The position numbers were made by a program, and so were the translations under genes. Under the pieces are notes generated by a model. That model had not been told where the DNA came from, made no database searches, and saw nothing but the letters and a program-made list of their open reading frames with translations. A stretch of DNA of 64,000 bases from NCBI GenBank assembly GCA_045646345.1, contig JAZRKN010000005.1:1-64000 (forward strand), in the 5' to 3' direction. The DNA comes from Candidatus Scatovivens sp. (lineage in GTDB: Bacteria > Bacillota > Clostridia > TANB77 > CAG-508). This document shows positions 60,813 through 64,000 of this stretch, piece after piece (the first letter of the stretch is position 1; each line of letters starts with the position of its first letter).

Positions 60813-62072
60813 ATGTATAAAGAATTTGGAATAAGAGATGAAATTATTAATGTTTCAAACGAAGTAGAAAAAGAATTAGAGCCAATATTTGCAGAATATG
60901 AAAAAAATTGCTTGAATTCTAGTATGAAAGTTTTAAAAGCGTTTCAAGATAATAGAGTATCAACAACTGATTTTAATGAAGTGACAGGATATGGATATTA
61001 TGATGGAGGAAGAGAAAAATTAGAAAAAATTTATGCTCAAATATTTGGAGCTGAAGATGCTTTAGTTAGACCTCAAATAATGTCAGGAACACATGCTTTA
61101 ACAATAACATTGTTTGGTTTATTAAAATATGGAGATACTATGATTAGTATTTCAGGAGAACCATACGATACTTTAAAAAGCGTTATAGGACTTTCTGGAA
61201 ATAGCGAAAATTCTTTAATAAAACACGGAATTAAATATGAACAAATTGAATTAGTTGATAATGATTTTGATTACGACAAAATCGAAGAGAGAGCAAAACA
61301 AGGAAATATAAAATTAATAGAAATACAACGTTCAAAAGGATATTCTCAAAGAAAAAGTTTGACAATGGATAAAATAGAAAAAGTAATTTCTAGAATAAAA
61401 GCTGTTAACAAAGATGTAATAGTGATGGTAGATAATTGCTATGGAGAATTTGTAGAAGATAAAGAACCAACACAAGTTGGTGCTGATATTTTTATCAGTT
61501 CATTAATGAAAAACTTAGGTGCAGGTATTGCAACAAGTGGTGGATATGTTGTTGGAAGAAAAGATCTTGTTCATCAAGTTGCAGAAAGACTAACTGCGCC
61601 TTGCATAGGAAAAGATTTAGGTGCTAACTTTAACCAATTATTAGCTTATTATAAAGGAATATTTATGGCTCCATCTGTTGTAAAATCAGTACTAAAAACA
61701 ATGACTTATGCGAGCAGAATGTTAGAAAAATATGGTTTCGAAGGCGTTAGCCCAAGATATGATGAAAAAAGAACTGATATTATTCAAACAATTGAATTGA
61801 AAACAGCAGAAAAATTAATAAAATTTTGTCAAGGAGTACAAAAAGGGTCACCGATTGAATCTTATGTAATACCTGTACCCGATGACATGCCGGGATATGA
61901 ACATAAAGAAATTATGGCTGGAGGAAGTTTTACACCAGGAGCAACTATTGAATTAAGTTGCGATGGTCCTGTATGTGAACCATATACAGCATACATGCAA
62001 GGCGGATTAACTTACGAGTACGGCAAACTTGGGATTATGATGGCTATCGAAAGTATGCTTTCAGAAGAATAA
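60813..62072 (+). CDS. YnbB / aluminium-resistance (methionine gamma-lyase-like) PLP enzyme
   Basis: TGYGY.D.GR, SGTHA, DNCYGEF, S..KN.G.G, IELS.DGP. Confidence 0.9.
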   Translation: MYKEFGIRDEIINVSNEVEKELEPIFAEYEKNCLNSSMKVLKAFQDNRVSTTDFNEVTGYGYYDGGREKLEKIYAQIFGAEDALVRPQIMSGTHALTITLFGLLKYGDTMISISGEPYDTLKSVIGLSGNSENSLIKHGIKYEQIELVDNDFDYDKIEERAKQGNIKLIEIQRSKGYSQRKSLTMDKIEKVISRIKAVNKDVIVMVDNCYGEFVEDKEPTQVGADIFISSLMKNLGAGIATSGGYVVGRKDLVHQVAERLTAPCIGKDLGANFNQLLAYYKGIFMAPSVVKSVLKTMTYASRMLEKYGFEGVSPRYDEKRTDIIQTIELKTAEKLIKFCQGVQKGSPIESYVIPVPDDMPGYEHKEIMAGGSFTPGATIELSCDGPVCEPYTAYMQGGLTYEYGKLGIMMAIESMLSEE

Positions 62073-62252
62073 AATTGGTTTGACAAAAAATAATATTAAG
62101 ATTAAAATTATTATGAATATTTTACAATCAAAGTGTTATCAAAAAAATTGATAAATTTGGTAATTTTAGGTTGATATTTTCTACAATATATAGTATTATA
62201 TTATATGTATAATATTGGAAAAAATTAGCCTAAAGGGGGTTTTTTATAAATT

Positions 62253-62672
62253 ATGGTAAAGAAAATATCAATGGTTGTAATAATTTTTGCAATGCTAGTT
62301 GGAGTGTTAACAATTTTTTCTTGTAGCGCTTATGCTGTTACGGGAGAACAAGTTTTAAACTCTACACAAGCAACAGAATTAGTAGAAATTAAAGAAACAA
62401 CAAAAGGAAAATTAGCTGAATATATTGAAAAATATGGCTCAACACCATTTGGAGTAGCAGCTTACGTTTTAAATGTCGTAAGAATTTATAGTATTCCATT
62501 TTGTTTTGTTGGTATTGCCTTAGGTTCAATATTTCAATATGTATTAGGTATTAGAAAATTGGACGTTAGAGATAGAGGTTTTATGCTTATTATCACTTTC
62601 GTAACAATTTTATTAATATGCCAAGTATTACCATTAATATTTGCTATAGTAGTAAATGGTTGGAGGGGTTAA
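62253..62672 (+). CDS. Signal-peptide plus two-TM protein, VirB2/TrbC pilin-like topology
   Basis: Signal ending AYA, then two hydrophobic segments separated by a basic loop. Confidence 0.45.
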   Translation: MVKKISMVVIIFAMLVGVLTIFSCSAYAVTGEQVLNSTQATELVEIKETTKGKLAEYIEKYGSTPFGVAAYVLNVVRIYSIPFCFVGIALGSIFQYVLGIRKLDVRDRGFMLIITFVTILLICQVLPLIFAIVVNGWRG

Positions 62673-62676
62673 ACAA

Positions 62677-64000
62677 ATGAAAGTTTTATTTGCGGTTAAT
62701 AGTGAGAAAATTTCTGAAGCGATTATTAAGAAATATCAAAAAGATTATAAAGAAATTCTTTCTTATAAGAATGTATATTACTTTAACGCAATATTAAAAG
62801 AGATACAAAAAGATAAAAGTTATGATAGAATAATTATACATGAAGAATTAGAGTCTTTCTCTAATAACAATTATGATGCAATAGATAAATTTATCTTTGA
62901 AAAACTTGATGATATTAGCGATGAAGCACAAGATATAGATGGAAATGAAACATCTATAATTTTTCTTTGTGCCAATAGACGTACAAAAGGTAGTTCATTT
63001 TTAGTTAAATTATTTGGAATTGGAATTTACAATGCTATTTTAGCTAGTGACCAAAGTGTTGAACAAATATGTAAATTAATTAACAAACCAAAACTAAAAA
63101 AAGAAGCTAAAATGTATTACCAAATAGATTCTGATGAAGTTAATTATTCTAATAAAAGTTCAGAAGAAGTAAGTGAACTTGAAATTCAAAATATATTAAC
63201 TCACTTCAAAAAATTAGGAAAAAATACAGATAAATTTGCTGATAGCTTTAATAATATAGCTTCACAATACACAGACGATCAATTAAAAATTATTGTTAAT
63301 TGTTTACCAAACAATGTAAAAGTTGTTCTTGAAGATGATTGTAAAAAATATCAAGAACTAATGTCTGGTGAAGGTGGAATAAAAAAAGTAAATAGAGGCG
63401 AAAGTATAAACAGAGAAGCTAGAAAACAAGCTGGAATAAAAATAGATCTTATAGAAAATAAAATGAATACTAATAAAATGTCTGGACCTATAGTTATACC
63501 ATCTTCTGTTAGAACTTCAAAAAATAAAGGACCAGCTCCAGTTAGACCTATGGGTAATAATATAGAAATACCTACAGTAAAATCAGGAGAAGAACGAACA
63601 AAGAAAATTGTAAAAAAATCTGAATTACAACAAATGAAATCTGGTATAGCACAAGCTAAGCCTGTTAGACAAGAGGGAATTGGTGGACAAAAAGTTGCGG
63701 TTCAACCAAAAACAAATCCAGTAGCTACAGAAAAAACTGTATCAAAAGTGGCTCCAGAAAATAGAGTTGCAAGACCAGTAGCTCCTCAAGTAAAAAAAGA
63801 GCAAGTGCCACCAATAAACTTGAGTAAAACACCAAAAGCTGTTGTTACAGATCCAGCTGAAAAGAAAGGTAGAGGAAGACCAAAAAAAGTCGAACCTCAA
63901 ATTATAGAAGAAGATGAAGATTTAGATGATATCATGTTACCAGGAATGATTGAAGATTTCGAGGATGACGAATTGATATTACCAGAATCTCAAGCGCCTT
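62677..64000 (+). CDS. Large protein with atypical receiver-like N-terminus, Pro/Lys-rich linker and AT-hook; 3'-truncated, absent from ORF track
   Basis: GGAGG SD; ATG 62677 open to window end (MKVLFAVNSEKISEAIIKKY...); KKGRGRPKK at 63862..63888. Confidence 0.8.
   Translation, partial: MKVLFAVNSEKISEAIIKKYQKDYKEILSYKNVYYFNAILKEIQKDKSYDRIIIHEELESFSNNNYDAIDKFIFEKLDDISDEAQDIDGNETSIIFLCANRRTKGSSFLVKLFGIGIYNAILASDQSVEQICKLINKPKLKKEAKMYYQIDSDEVNYSNKSSEEVSELEIQNILTHFKKLGKNTDKFADSFNNIASQYTDDQLKIIVNCLPNNVKVVLEDDCKKYQELMSGEGGIKKVNRGESINREARKQAGIKIDLIENKMNTNKMSGPIVIPSSVRTSKNKGPAPVRPMGNNIEIPTVKSGEERTKKIVKKSELQQMKSGIAQAKPVRQEGIGGQKVAVQPKTNPVATEKTVSKVAPENRVARPVAPQVKKEQVPPINLSKTPKAVVTDPAEKKGRGRPKKVEPQIIEEDEDLDDIMLPGMIEDFEDDELILPESQAP

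Noticed and set aside
1-64000. Prophage, integron or stop-codon reassignment
   Set aside because: No structural phage genes, integrase or attC array, and conserved genes translate full length with the standard code.

Overview
Chromosomal window from a very AT-rich, spore-forming, fermentative Clostridia-class bacterium. The protein style resembles uncultured gut Clostridia of the TANB77-like kind (inference only). Most genes are on the + strand. Housekeeping: rpsF-ssb-rpsR, dut, carD, dnaG-sigA, rplU-rpmA, aspS, rnhB, mfd, pepF, trmL, maf. Sporulation: sigG, ylmC, spoIVFA/B-like, bofC, ylbJ. Energy: trimeric [FeFe]-hydrogenase hydCBA and pflB-pflA. No rRNA, tRNA, CRISPR, transposase or integrase was seen. 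Main observations: (1) a set of solitary, compositionally foreign ORFan cassettes, each with its own sigma-A promoter and terminator; several share a promoter-spacer motif, and at least two have 5'-leader/3'-end complementarity that would close the mRNA into a panhandle; (2) a DnaB-like helicase fused to a long 54-bp-period acidic repeat; (3) a possible +1 frameshift at a CGG codon (otherwise unseen in native genes) at the hydC start; (4) joint loss of prp and the L27 pro-peptide; (5) tandem pdp paralogues, one with degenerate active-site residues; (6) a VirB2/pilin-like gene followed by a pseudo-receiver protein carrying an AT-hook. All calls were made by eye from the sequence and ORF track; no searches were run.
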